Positions 45,238 through 56,351 of a DNA stretch of 64,000 nucleotides are shown here, in pieces. The notes below the pieces were generated by a model that was given only the letters and a program-made list of their open reading frames with translations, ran no database searches and was not told the origin of the DNA. Positions within the stretch are counted from its first letter, which is position 1, and each line of letters opens with the position of its first letter. Source of the DNA: Diplonema japonicum (lineage: Eukaryota; Protista; Euglenozoa: Diplonemea); contig OZ025738.1 of assembly GCA_964019335.1 (NCBI GenBank), forward strand, positions 248,001 to 312,000, read 5' to 3'. Made by a program: the position numbers and the translations under genes.

Positions 45238-46359
45238 TCACAGCACTTCCCCGGTGATGTCCTTAATACCCATGTCCCCGGGTGTGTGCAGCTTCTGCTG
45301 CGTGAGCTTTGAACCCCATTGCATTTTCGTCAGATCGACGAGCCTCCACTGTGTGTTTGAATAAGTCCTGATTAAATATTGCCTCTTCTGGGGAAGCTTC
45401 AGAGTAGTGTACTCGGTGAAGTCGGATGTGCCGTCAGATAAATGGTTCTTGTGGGCGCAGATGCCCTTGGGGATGTAAACCGTATTGAGGATGGACGAAG
45501 CAAGCTCGATGGCTTGTGACACGTTAGTAGCTGGCGAGTTCAACTGCGCGAACTGTTTAATGTAAAACATTCGCACGAAACGTCCCGGAGGACTTGCGTC
45601 ACCGGGGAGCCCTAACAGATTAATCCCGTGGCTTATCTCCAACGGTACCATTCCGATTTCAGAGGGAACGGCGATCTTCGACCTGTCCGGCCAGTCCGTT
45701 GAAATGGGGACGAAATTGTTGAGATTTTCCAAATGCCAACCAAACGACGGGTCGTTCGTCATAACCTTCACAGTGTTGTTGTGCGCTTTCAATTCACCAT
45801 CAATGTACTCAATTACTACAGATCCCCCGATTGCGTCGGTAACTTGCCAGTGAAGCTGTCCGGAAGTTGAAATGTCGGGCAAGGACACCACACGCATAGT
45901 TTTTAACTCAACAAGCATTTCGGCAACAGTCGCAAAAGAAGACAACACCCACGTGGTGAAATCGTTGTAACAAAGCGAATTCGAAGGGTCTTGAGCAGAC
46001 ATATATTTTGACCCTCTGAAAGTATGTGCTTGGATAGATAATCCTAGCACATTTATCCCGTCAGAGACTCGGCCGAAATCGTCGTTGTACCCAATCCCCA
46101 CCCACGCGTGTTTTGTCTCCCAGCCCGTCGTGGCCAGGTTTCTGCAATCGGACGATCTTGCCACATCGTTTGTAGAGTTGAAAACCACGCCGTTTGGTGC
46201 TTTAACTATAAGCCAGTTGTACGGGTAATCCTCTTTGGGAAGCGGGACCCACCCATTGGCCTCCATGCTCCTGCCTAAGACGTCGAAACCGTCTTCGCTC
46301 TTGATTGCAAAGTAGCTGCATCCTATAGTGAGCGCTGTCACTATGGGTAGGAATACCAT
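45238..46359 (-). CDS. Secreted choloylglycine hydrolase / penicillin V acylase family Ntn-hydrolase, 373 aa
   Basis: Short hydrophobic leader then CSYF nucleophile; GRSME, DGIN, HW, VMTNDP, GLPGD..RF, TEYT. Confidence 0.9.
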   Translation of the reverse strand: MVFLPIVTALTIGCSYFAIKSEDGFDVLGRSMEANGWVPLPKEDYPYNWLIVKAPNGVVFNSTNDVARSSDCRNLATTGWETKHAWVGIGYNDDFGRVSDGINVLGLSIQAHTFRGSKYMSAQDPSNSLCYNDFTTWVLSSFATVAEMLVELKTMRVVSLPDISTSGQLHWQVTDAIGGSVVIEYIDGELKAHNNTVKVMTNDPSFGWHLENLNNFVPISTDWPDRSKIAVPSEIGMVPLEISHGINLLGLPGDASPPGRFVRMFYIKQFAQLNSPATNVSQAIELASSILNTVYIPKGICAHKNHLSDGTSDFTEYTTLKLPQKRQYLIRTYSNTQWRLVDLTKMQWGSKLTQQKLHTPGDMGIKDITGEVL

Positions 46360-46394
46360 TTTTTTTCCTCTTTTTTTTTTTTTTTTTTTTTTTG

Positions 46395-46513
46395 AGATTT
46401 TTTGAAAAGAATTGTTATTGCAAAAAAAAAAAAAAAAAAAGAGTAGAGACAGCTTTGTCCGTTTATCCCTACTGTGGGTGAAAAACGGCTTTGCACAAAC
46501 AATCAGCTGACTC
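46395..46513 (+). repeat. Repeat family A copy ~35 nt upstream of the hydrolase ATG
   Basis: Same consensus, internal A-run expanded. Confidence 0.9.
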
Positions 46514-47169
46514 TTTTTTAGAACTAGGGGGGGGGGGGGGGGGGGGGGGCTGCTCACCCATATTCTGTTTCTTTCTTTTTTTTTTCTTCTTTTTTTTCCC
46601 CCCCGAGTTAGAATAGCGTTCAATAGGTATTTACCCTCCCCCCCCCCCCCCCCCCAACTTTCGAAAAAAGAAATTAGTAAATTTGAAAAAAAAAAAAAAA
46701 AAAAGGGAAAAAAAAAAAGTTTAAAGTCATCGAGTCGATATTGATTGGTTTTCACCTTTTTTTTTTTGGCCAGAGCTAGGGGGGAGGGGGGGGATGTAAA
46801 ATTTACAGGCCCAGAAAGAAAAAAAGTGGAGAGGGCCACAAAAAGCAATTATTAAACACTATACCTACTGAATGTTTTGGTTTGTGGGAGGCCTGCCTGG
46901 AATAAAAAGCGAAAATAATAAAAACAGGTGAGTCACCGGCACAGGGCCGCGGGGAGACAACTCACTGTTTCCCCCCCCCCAAAAAAAAGAAGAAAAAGGG
47001 TAATTTATTTACCACCCCGACAAAAGAACGACAACGCCAGGTTTCCGTCTTTACTTTTGCTCAAAATATTTTCCGCCCCGGGTCCGTTAATGTTAAGTGA
47101 CCTGGCCACTAAACGGATCAGAAGAGTTTTCGAATTTGTGTGTAATTTTTCGGATATTTGTCCCTTGCT

Positions 47170-50100
47170 ATGTTCTGTATTAATAAATGTGCTGTTAAGT
47201 TATAAATTATGTATCTTTTTTTTATTATTTCACTCTTCGTCATTTTCTTCACTCACTAGGGGCCTCATTATTTAACGCGAAATGGCCATTATTTAACGCG
47301 AAACGGCCATTATTTAACGCGAAATCGCCATTATTTAACTACTGTAAAACGAAAAACTCCCGGACGGAAAAATGTCCGAGTTTTTTTGGCGTCCGGGAAT
47401 TTTTCCGTCCGGGAGTTTTTTTTAGGTAAGGCCGTCAGGGGGCCTGGTCCACTACTACCTACATACTATACTGGCCTGGGCTGCAAACGGCAACCGCGCG
47501 AAGAAACCCCCAGGGTTCCCTTTCTGCATCTTTGTCCTCACTTGCTGCCCCTGAGGCAATCAGCTTGTCGAGCCTTCGTGTGGCCTACTACCTTTCTTAA
47601 TAGATGCTTTACAGCTGCGTTCAACCCAATATCCATCGGTTGAACCATGTAGGTGAGCCCAGGGGGACAAAAGCAATGTGCACGTTTGCGCCTGCGAACC
47701 ACTCTACGAACCCATAGGCATAGGTCGTGTGAGAGTTGTGGTCGCCGACAAGCAGCAGAATCGGCCCGTTCGGCAAAACTATGGGAATCGATGATTTATA
47801 GCAAAAAGGAAGAAACAGCTCCGTAACCCAGATACCGAGTATCATAATTAGCCCAATGATTGGGCGATGCCGTTAGGCTCCATTCGACGGGGCACGGATA
47901 ATCCCTGCCGGTTGCGTTTCCGCTTTGCCTTTGTATTTAAGTTGCAACCCATCCAGCCAAGGAAACAGCCAGCTGTTCGGTTATAGCCCGTTTTGTCCCC
48001 CACGCCACGGACTTTTACGACCTTAGCACCCCTTTTCGTTTTAGTTTTAACCCTGTATTCCAGACCAATTCCGGCCTTACTTTATGGGTGTCGATTATGG
48101 ACCTGAATTCCATGGTGAAACAGCGTGCCTTCTCGTTGTCCTTCTCGTTTCCGGGCTTTCCGGAGGTGGCTTGCGGCTTTTGTCTTTCTTGCTGCAAAGT
48201 TTTGTCAGCCTAGTCAGTGGAAAAGGACAGTGCTCCACCAAAGTCTGCCAGGTTTGTCTTTCGGGCTGGATTGGCGCGCAGCAGCCCTTCTGCATAGGTG
48301 CATATTTGTTGTGCTGGGATAAGCTCGCCAAGCCCGTTTTACCTATCGACTCAAGCAAAAACCTTTCAGCCCCCGAAGGATGCTAAATCCCGTATTGGGC
48401 GATACGCTGCTATCACGGCGTCGCGGCGGCCAGGGTGTGGTAGGGTGAATAGCAACGTCCAGTATTTCCGCCTGGAAGAAACTGGGCTCTGTTGAACCTG
48501 TTGCTGCCGTCTTCTGACCGAGGCAGAGGCCGCCAAGCTGCTTTCGGGGGTTTGTACTGGCCTTCTCGGCCCGGTGTAAGGAGTTTATCTCCACCTCTCG
48601 GGGGTGAGCTGGCCGGGGGTGTCAGCACCAAAGTTGGGCCCCTCACAAGCCAGCTGCTCAACGTGCCTTGGGTAGTCGAACTGGTTAATTTGACGAAAGA
48701 AGTACGGGTTTATGAGAAGTTAAAGATCCCGTGGGTGCTGTTTGTTGGTGCATTGAAAGGAGAAGAAAAATTCAAACTGCCACGCAGGGTAAACATTTTG
48801 GCTCTGCACAAGGAATAAAGCCCTTCCAGGCAAACGTGGTGGGAGCTGTTACCCCCCCTTAAGTAAAAAAACTTCTTCCCAGAAAAACTCCCGGACGGAA
48901 AAATGTCCGGGTTTTTTTGGTGTCCGGGAGTTTTTCTGTCCGACATTATTCGTTTTACAGTAGTTAAATAATGAGATTTTGCAGTTAAATAATGGCCCTT
49001 CAGAGTGGGAAAATGAGTCTCGCCGTGGAAAAAAATGCACCCAACCCCTTGAAAAGTTTTTTTGGGGTGGGGGTATTTTGACTATTTTTGGCCATCTGAG
49101 GCCATTCCAGCCCTTAAAAGTGGGAATAAGTGCCTTACTTCCCCTTTAAATGCCACGGCGAAATAGCAACCCCATATTACCTTAGGAAAATCCCCAAAAA
49201 GGCTGACCTGCGTGAAAAAAAACAGCAGTGAAAGCAGTGAAGAGTGAGTGACTCAAATGACGAAGAGTGAAATAAAACGACTTACTTGCCGCCAAATGAG
49301 CCATTATTTAACTCTCGTTACCCGTTTTTTTGCACGAGGGCCCGCAGGGCCCTCGTGCAAAAAATTCGGGAACTCGAGTTAAATAATGACTCATAATTTG
49401 TTGGCAATAAATAGTTATTTTTTTGGGGTTTTGGACCCGATTTGGGACTTTTAAATTCAACAACAAAGGTACGGTGCATTAAAATTAACAGCACATTTAA
49501 TAATAATAATAATACAGAACAAAAAATAAGGTACAAACCCGATAGTAAAAATATGAGTCCGTCCGGGAAAAAAAGAAAAAAAAAAAAAAATCAGATGACT
49601 GCATTTTTCCACCATTCTTGACATTTTTTAATCTCCCGAACGAGCTCATAAAAAAATATAAAAAAAAAATGAAAAAGAAAGAAAAGTGGAAAAAAAAAAC
49701 CATGCAGGGCTCGTTTTTTTTTTTTTTTTTTTAAGCGGACAGACCTAATTAATAGCTATTTACTGCCAACAAGTAATGACTTTACCGTTACCTCGAGGTT
49801 CCGCATTTTACCGTCGAGGGCCCGCAGGGCCCGAGATGGTAAAATGCGGAACCGAGAGGTCGGTAAAGCATTACTTGGCGGTAGGTAAGTGGTTTTATTT
49901 CACGACACTCTGAAATTACTTCGCCACTGGGAGCGCGGCGGGGTGTCACCATCTCTAATCAGGCCTTCTCATACCTGGCGCGGCCGCTGGCTCCTTTTTT
50001 TCTGCTGCTTCGGTATTTCGAAGTCTTTTGGGGAGCTTGGGTAAGCTGACTAAGTTACCCTTACCCGCAGAGTTACCCCCAGAAACTGGGAACAAGGCCT

Positions 50101-50370
50101 AGCCAAAAGTGGGCAAATTGGGAGGAAAAAGTAGGAACTGAGCCGAGGCAAAAGTTGGCCAATTGAGCTGAACCTGGGGGGAAATAGCAAACTGAGAGGA
50201 AAAAGTAGCCCCACTGGGAACTGAACCGAGGCAAAAATTGGCCCACCGAGGCATATTATTTACCGGAAACCCCCCTATTACTTCACGGAAAACAGGCCAT
50301 TATTTCACCGTGAAGTAATGAGATTTAGCGTGAAGTAATTTCTGAAGAGTGAAATAAAAAATATAAAACT
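47170..50370. mobile_element. Crypton-like/foldback non-autonomous complex hosting the pogo insertion
   Basis: Inverted matches 47172-47198/49486-49520 and 47225-47245/49255-49275; four ccattatttaac-type repeats; hairpins centred on gagggcccgcagggccc at ~49336 and ~49816; boundaries approximate. Confidence 0.55.
47342..48960 (-). mobile_element. pogo/Fot1-like (Tc1/mariner superfamily) DNA transposon with decayed transposase
   Basis: TA on both sides; TIR CTGTAAAACGAA; subterminal aaactcccggacggaaaaa repeats; DDE_1 remnants PILLLVGDHNSH and VQPMDIGLN. Confidence 0.88.
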
Positions 50371-50383
50371 TGGGTCTGGAGGC

Positions 50384-50425
<42 letters not shown>

Positions 50426-51367
50426 GTCTTAGCCCCTTAATTTAGAGTTTAAATATATATGAGCTCGTCCGAAAAAAAATGTCAACACTTTTTTGGGCAC
50501 CTCCGAAAATTTCTTGTTTTGATTATTTGAGCAAAAAAAGGGCAGCATGCAACCATAGGAAGATGACATATATGGTGTACCTGTTGCCGTTCTTTCAATT
50601 GCGATGCTTGTTTTGCCATGAGGGCATTGTGACCTATATGGTGAACACACTCAGACCGCAATTCTGCACACAAAGTGGTGTCGGACTACTTTTGTACTTA
50701 GAAATTTTCCGAGGATTTTTCCGTTGCAAAAGAGGGTCATTTGTTGACATTTTCTTCCGGACGAGCTCTATGTAAATTACAAAAGTTGTCTCGATTTTTA
50801 GTGGTGCCATGCAGTATGTGACACAGCGGCCACACTCTTGTCAAGTCCCCTGTGGTCCCGTAGAAAGAAAAAGTGGAGAGGTAAAGAAAGCTTGGAAATT
50901 GAAATAGGGAGAGGGGCCACAGAAGCAATTAAACACCAACTGGAGAGTATGTTGTGGGAGGCTAGCTTCACTGGCACGATGCGCGGGGGGTGAAGCCACC
51001 TCCTTGTTCGATGTAATGGGATAAGGCAAAAAAACCCCTTTTTTTTCAATATGCGGAAGAGATGTAAATGTGATAAGGGACTCTCTCCCATTCTCCCATT
51101 GTTATTAACATTAGAGTTTTATTCAAAACTGGGGAACAAGAGAAACATAGATATGGCAGCGAGACAATGCTAATATTGTTGGCACCACCACATATCTAAG
51201 GCCCAACAAAGTGTCAGATCGATACCACAACAATTTATATATGGCACTCCCCAAGTAGAAAATAAAAAAAGGTGATACCAAGGCATAACCAGGATAGGGC
51301 GGGGGGGGGGGAAAAAAAAAGGAAAAAAAAAAAAAAATGTGAACAGGAGGAGGAGATTGGTATTGTC

Positions 51368-51418
<51 letters not shown>

Positions 51419-51704
51419 ATTACCCCCGTTCAGATTCCTGTAATCTTTGAAACGAAGAAAAAAAGAAAAACGTAGAAGAAAAAAAAAAAGAAAAAATGGG
51501 GCTTTGATTGTGACACTAAGTGGCGTTAGGTGCAACGAAGCACGAACCATCTACTTGATTACAGGGGGCGCACCGCATCCTGAACGGGAAAAAACTTTAA
51601 AAGCTTGCGTCACCCATCGGCGATGATCAGCTGGCCGCCATCAGCAGAAGGAATCGCTGGACGAAACACTGTGTCTAGGTATTTATATAAAAAAGGGGGG
51701 GGGG

Positions 51705-51822
51705 GAGGGAAATATGGAAAACGGAAACAAAAAAACGTTTTCTTATTTTTCTTTTTTTTTTATGGGTTTTATCGTTTCCTTTAAGAAAGGGAGCACCGTT
51801 TCCTTTCTGAGTATTCTGAAAA

Positions 51823-51853
<31 letters not shown>

Positions 51854-51919
51854 TATAAGGAGGAACCGGCAACGGAAACGGAAAAACCTTGTTTCCCGTT
51901 TCTTGCCAACATATCCCTG
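51705..51919. mobile_element. hAT-like MITE, left end missing
   Basis: Similar to 24040-24149; right TIR cgtttcttgccaacatatccctg. Confidence 0.6.
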
Positions 51920-53481
51920 GGGGGGGGGGGGGGAGGGGGGGGACTGAAACTCGAAAAATAATTATATTTCAGTGCACAGAAGGGGTGGAGGGGACAACAA
52001 CAATATCTTCGCGACAGCGTTAAATAATGAGGCACCCAGTGAACGAAGAAAATGACGAAAGGGTGGAAATAACAGATATTTAACGCCAAGATAGTGACTA
52101 TAAGCCACTAGAGGTCAGTCGTTTTTACTTCACAGCACTCTTAAATTACTGCAGCACGAGGGATTTCACAGTCAAAATGAACTCGGGTGGCATTGGTATG
52201 GGGAAAAAACTTCACAGTGAATGGCCTCACCGTGAAATAATGGGGGAGGATAGCCCCCCCCCCCCCCCCCCGAGTGCGTGAAGTAATTTCAGAAGTGAAA
52301 TAAAAAATAAAAAGAAGAAGGAAAAAAAAAATGTGTTTAAATAAGTTGGGTGGTGATGGGGTGTTTATTGTCATACGAAAACATTAGACAAGGGAGTGGC
52401 GAGACCGACCTGAGGCCTGTGGCGCCACTTCACAGACGATATATGTCCAAAGGCTTGCCGCACAGCACGTCTGGAAGTGTCGCTCTGGACCGTGGGAAAA
52501 AAAAAAAAAAAAAAAAAAACAACATCCATATTTTTTTATTATTATTATTATTCCGTTCGATGCCGTTTCAACTTATTTCTTTTCTTTCTTTCTCCCTGTT
52601 CCATATATTAAGTACAACAGGTTATCAAGCAAATAATGACGGTCAAATATAACGCTCGTCCTGCTGCCCGAGTGTAAAGAAAAGGGGGGAGGGGGGGGGA
52701 AGAAAAAAAAAGGGGGGATGCAACTTCAATACTTAAAAGCATGAGATTGCACTCAAGTAAAATAATAAATAAGAAATAGATAAATGAACATCGCACGAAA
52801 AGAAAACCTGACCGAAGAAAAAAAAAAGGAAAAAAAGGAAATGGGGGGGGGGGGGGGGGGAGAAGTCGGTGAATGCTACATTTATTGTTTTTCTTGCATT
52901 TGTCTTTTGCACCTTCGATCAAATAAAATCACGATAAATACTGCATACTTTCTATTTAAGTTGAGTTGGCATGCGGCTAAGGACCATATTTGAAGGATAA
53001 AAAAATAAAAAGGACAAAAAAAAAAAAGCTTTCGTTTACATTCTTTTTTTTTTTCTTCAAATTAAGTTTTTTTGTTTCTTTTTCTTTTTTTTTTTTGCGG
53101 GAATGTAGCATCTTTGTAAAGAGATTTCTTTTCTTCTTCTTCTTTTTTTTTTTTTTTTATTATTGTGCTTTATGACACTATATACACGGACCCTCCAATC
53201 TTTTTTGACAATAGATTTTTTGACGTTCGGTAGATGAAATGGCCGAAAGCGACATAAGTTTTAATTCGTGGGGGGGGAACAACATTGAGTTAAAGGGCAA
53301 AATTCTTTTTTTTTTTCCTTTTACTGCTTTGTTTAGATTTGATAGATGTGCACAATAGGGGACCAAGAATGGTAAGTTTAGATAACTAGTGACCCATACA
53401 TCCTTTTGTAGAGATAAGGGAAAACAAAAAAAAAAAGAGAAAAAAAAAGAAAAAGAAATAGAATGGAAAAGATAAGGGATT

Positions 53482-54186
53482 CTATACCGCTTCGGCCAAC
53501 AACCTTGTGATAGGTTCGTTATTGACCAGCTCTGCGAAGTGATATGCGTCCCAGCCTAGGTTGCTCTTGGCAGCGGGAGATGCGCCATGTTGGAGAAGCA
53601 ACCTGACAATATTCTCATGACAATTTGCAACCGCTAGACAGAGCAGGGTTTTCCCAAGGGCATCGTTCTGTTTGGCATTAACACAGAGATCTGTGGGCAG
53701 GCGGCTGAACACGAATTCAAGGCATTTTTCCAGCCCCCGGGCAACGGCCCACCACGCGAGATCCTCGGAAATTTCTTCGGTTTCGGAGTAGTCAACCAAG
53801 GCTTCAATTGTGTCTCGTGTTGCTGTGTCGGTCATTTCGTGACAGTCTTCGGTGGTCTCCCTCCTGACGTAGAATTCCATGGGGCCGGTCATTATCTCTT
53901 GCAGTGTGGCTGAAAAGTCCACTCCATTTTCCTTCAGTGTCATCATTGCCTTGAGCTTCAAGTCTCGCTTGACAATCACCTCGCAGCCGTCGAAAAATGG
54001 GTGATTGTCTACCTGGCCGTGGGAAACATCAAGGCCGTCGAATTGCATCGTCACTATGTCCGGACAAATGCCGAACTCCCCCGCCATTCTTTTCACGGTG
54101 GCCTGCATCGTGTCCCTCGGGCCCAGCTCCAAGCTGCACACCTCGTTCGATGGCAACAGCTTAAAACTTACGGCAACCGTGTTCAT
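53482..54186 (-). CDS. UBL-ankyrin protein, 234 aa
   Basis: Ubiquitin-like N-terminus (VSFKLLPSNEVCSLEL..MQFDG); GKTLLCLAV..VRLLLQHGA ankyrin repeats. Confidence 0.85.
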   Translation of the reverse strand: MNTVAVSFKLLPSNEVCSLELGPRDTMQATVKRMAGEFGICPDIVTMQFDGLDVSHGQVDNHPFFDGCEVIVKRDLKLKAMMTLKENGVDFSATLQEIMTGPMEFYVRRETTEDCHEMTDTATRDTIEALVDYSETEEISEDLAWWAVARGLEKCLEFVFSRLPTDLCVNAKQNDALGKTLLCLAVANCHENIVRLLLQHGASPAAKSNLGWDAYHFAELVNNEPITRLLAEAV

Positions 54187-54301
54187 TTTTTTTTTTTTTT
54201 TTTTTTGTGGAGGAAGTTAAAAAAATCTTTTTTTTATTTTTTTTTTTATGTGTGTGTGATGTGGTGTTGGAAGGGGTGGGGGGGAAGAAAGATTTGACTC
54301 A

Positions 54302-54595
54302 TCATAGAACCCTCCCCTTTGCCGATGCTAGCCCCATCAACCGGCTTTCCAGAAACGTATTCTCAGTCTCGTAGCCACAGACCTTCGCTCCCGCATCGCC
54401 CTTTGTCGCCTTTAGCATCTTCGATGTTTGTACCTGACCCCATAGCATGAAGTCGTTGTTCCCCCTTCCGTCGCTTGCTTCGGCGGCGGAGGCCAGATTG
54501 TGCACTTCCTCGACGAGGACCAGCCTTGGGCGGAAGCGCTCGCTCACCTTATTCCACTCTCCCTCCTCCCATTGATCGGGGTCTTCTGGCAACAT
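54302..54595 (-). CDS. Hypothetical protein, 97 aa
   Basis: Coding-like composition, A-rich leader before the ATG, cluster strand. Confidence 0.5.
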   Translation of the reverse strand: MLPEDPDQWEEGEWNKVSERFRPRLVLVEEVHNLASAAEASDGRGNNDFMLWGQVQTSKMLKATKGDAGAKVCGYETENTFLESRLMGLASAKGRVL

Positions 54596-54933
54596 TATCT
54601 TTTTTTCTTTTTTGTCCTCTTGTTTCTCCCACCCCCCCCCCCTCCCCGCCCCACTGTTCTCTCTTTTTTTTTTCTTTTCCTTACATGTTTGAAACAGTAT
54701 TGAAAAAAAAAAAGAGAAAAAAAAAAAGAAGAAGAAGAACAAGGCAAGGGTAAAAAAATAATTCGACTTCTTAACGTCGACACAAGTCACGAAAACGACG
54801 CTCCATGTACGTGCTCCATGTACGTGCTGCTCCGTGTACCATAAAGTACATGGGGTGGGGGTGCGTTTGCGCTGAGGCAAAACGGCAGTGAGCTTCTCTC
54901 CTGTGCGGCGCCATCTCTCAGACTGCCAACACC

Positions 54934-55854
54934 TCACCGACCCAGCGAAGACGGCTTCAATACATGCATCGAGCAGACGAGCTCGGAGTCCACATGCATG
55001 ACAGCACCGAAGTTGTCAAACTCACCACAGTACTGCGGCGCGGAGAAGATAGTCACGAGCTGCTTGCTTGCAATGAACTCGTACCCTTCCTGCACCATTT
55101 GGTGTGCCCGGACGATGAGGTCAAACCCGTTCCTTGCGAGGAAGTTCTTCACAGCGAGAGGCGTGTAATCTGCAGACTGGACCGCCCTCCCACAGGGGTC
55201 CACATACTCTTGTTCCGTTGCCTCGTCACCCTCAGAGCATATGTCTGCCCAAAGCATGTCACACATTACACCGATGTCAGGGACGGCGGTGGGGAGTTTA
55301 ATGGATTTCACATCATCGATTGTCTTCAGGCCATGAGCCAGCCCCCCGTGCACGCAGAAGATCCTTTCCCCCACACACCCTGCCAGAGGTAAGTAATTGA
55401 ACACTGAGTCGAAAAGGCGGAACAGTTTTACATTGTACCTCCTCTTGCAATCGTCGTAGAAGCCGTAGATTCTGTTGATGGATGAGCACTCATGATTCCC
55501 TCTTAGCAGGTTGATGTCAGCAGGGTACAGCACTTTATATGCTAGGAGGAGGCATATCGTTTCAAGGCTGTACCTACCTCTGTCAACGTAGTCACCGAGG
55601 AACATATACCTGCCGCCTTGGCCGGGGGGCTTCATCGCTTTGAATATCTGAACCAGGTCGTTGAACTGCCCGTGGATGTCCCCCACCACTGTTGCCGGAG
55701 CCGTCATTTCGACGTAGCTTCCGCCTCGCGACAGCTCTGCGCGTGCCTCGCTCAGGAGGTCTTTGATCGTTGTTTCGTCCATCGGGACCTCTTGGGAGAT
55801 TCGCTCTCCCGACGAGAGTTGCTCCACTATCCGAATAGCTGCAGAATTGGGCAT
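54934..55854 (-). CDS. PP1: PP1-type Ser/Thr protein phosphatase catalytic subunit
   Basis: GDIHG, GDYVDRG, RGNHE, YGFYDDCKRRY, HGG, RAHQ, FSAPQYCGEFDN. Confidence 0.95.
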   Translation of the reverse strand: MPNSAAIRIVEQLSSGERISQEVPMDETTIKDLLSEARAELSRGGSYVEMTAPATVVGDIHGQFNDLVQIFKAMKPPGQGGRYMFLGDYVDRGRYSLETICLLLAYKVLYPADINLLRGNHECSSINRIYGFYDDCKRRYNVKLFRLFDSVFNYLPLAGCVGERIFCVHGGLAHGLKTIDDVKSIKLPTAVPDIGVMCDMLWADICSEGDEATEQEYVDPCGRAVQSADYTPLAVKNFLARNGFDLIVRAHQMVQEGYEFIASKQLVTIFSAPQYCGEFDNFGAVMHVDSELVCSMHVLKPSSLGR

Positions 55855-55949
55855 TTCTCTTTTTTTTGTTTTTTTGTTTCTTAGGGTGTAATATCCTGTG
55901 TAATATGTCGGAATTTGTGCCGCCCCTCAAGTTAAAAGAACACAGAAAA

Positions 55950-56351
55950 TGCAGAGGAAACGCTAACAGAGATCTAAGGCGACATGCAGTGAACCCTGGT
56001 TACATATATGAAGCAGTCGTGCAGGACGGAAGTGGTGAAGAAGTAAGGATTTTTGGAAATGGAGGCAGCCATCGTAGCTCAAAGCAGTACCATAAAATGG
56101 AGATTGACGCTGTGATCGCTGATGAGGACGATCGGCACCATGTCTACATCACCAGAGACGGTTTCCTGCATAGCGAGAGTCACGGCCACGATAAGAATAC
56201 AAATAGAAAGAATCGAAGTAAAGTTGGCTGGCCTCGAAGATGGGTAATATGCAGTCCAAGAACTGCAGAGGCTGCAGCGCGGGGGCGACGGTCCCCAAGG
56301 AGACACAAGAGCAGAGGGCGAAGGCCAAGAAATTTGCGGAAGAGACCCTGA
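55950..56351 (+). mobile_element. Possible decayed LINE RNase H / C-terminal remnant
   Basis: Plus-strand purine-rich segment with weak RNase H-like and CxxC remnants. Confidence 0.3.
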
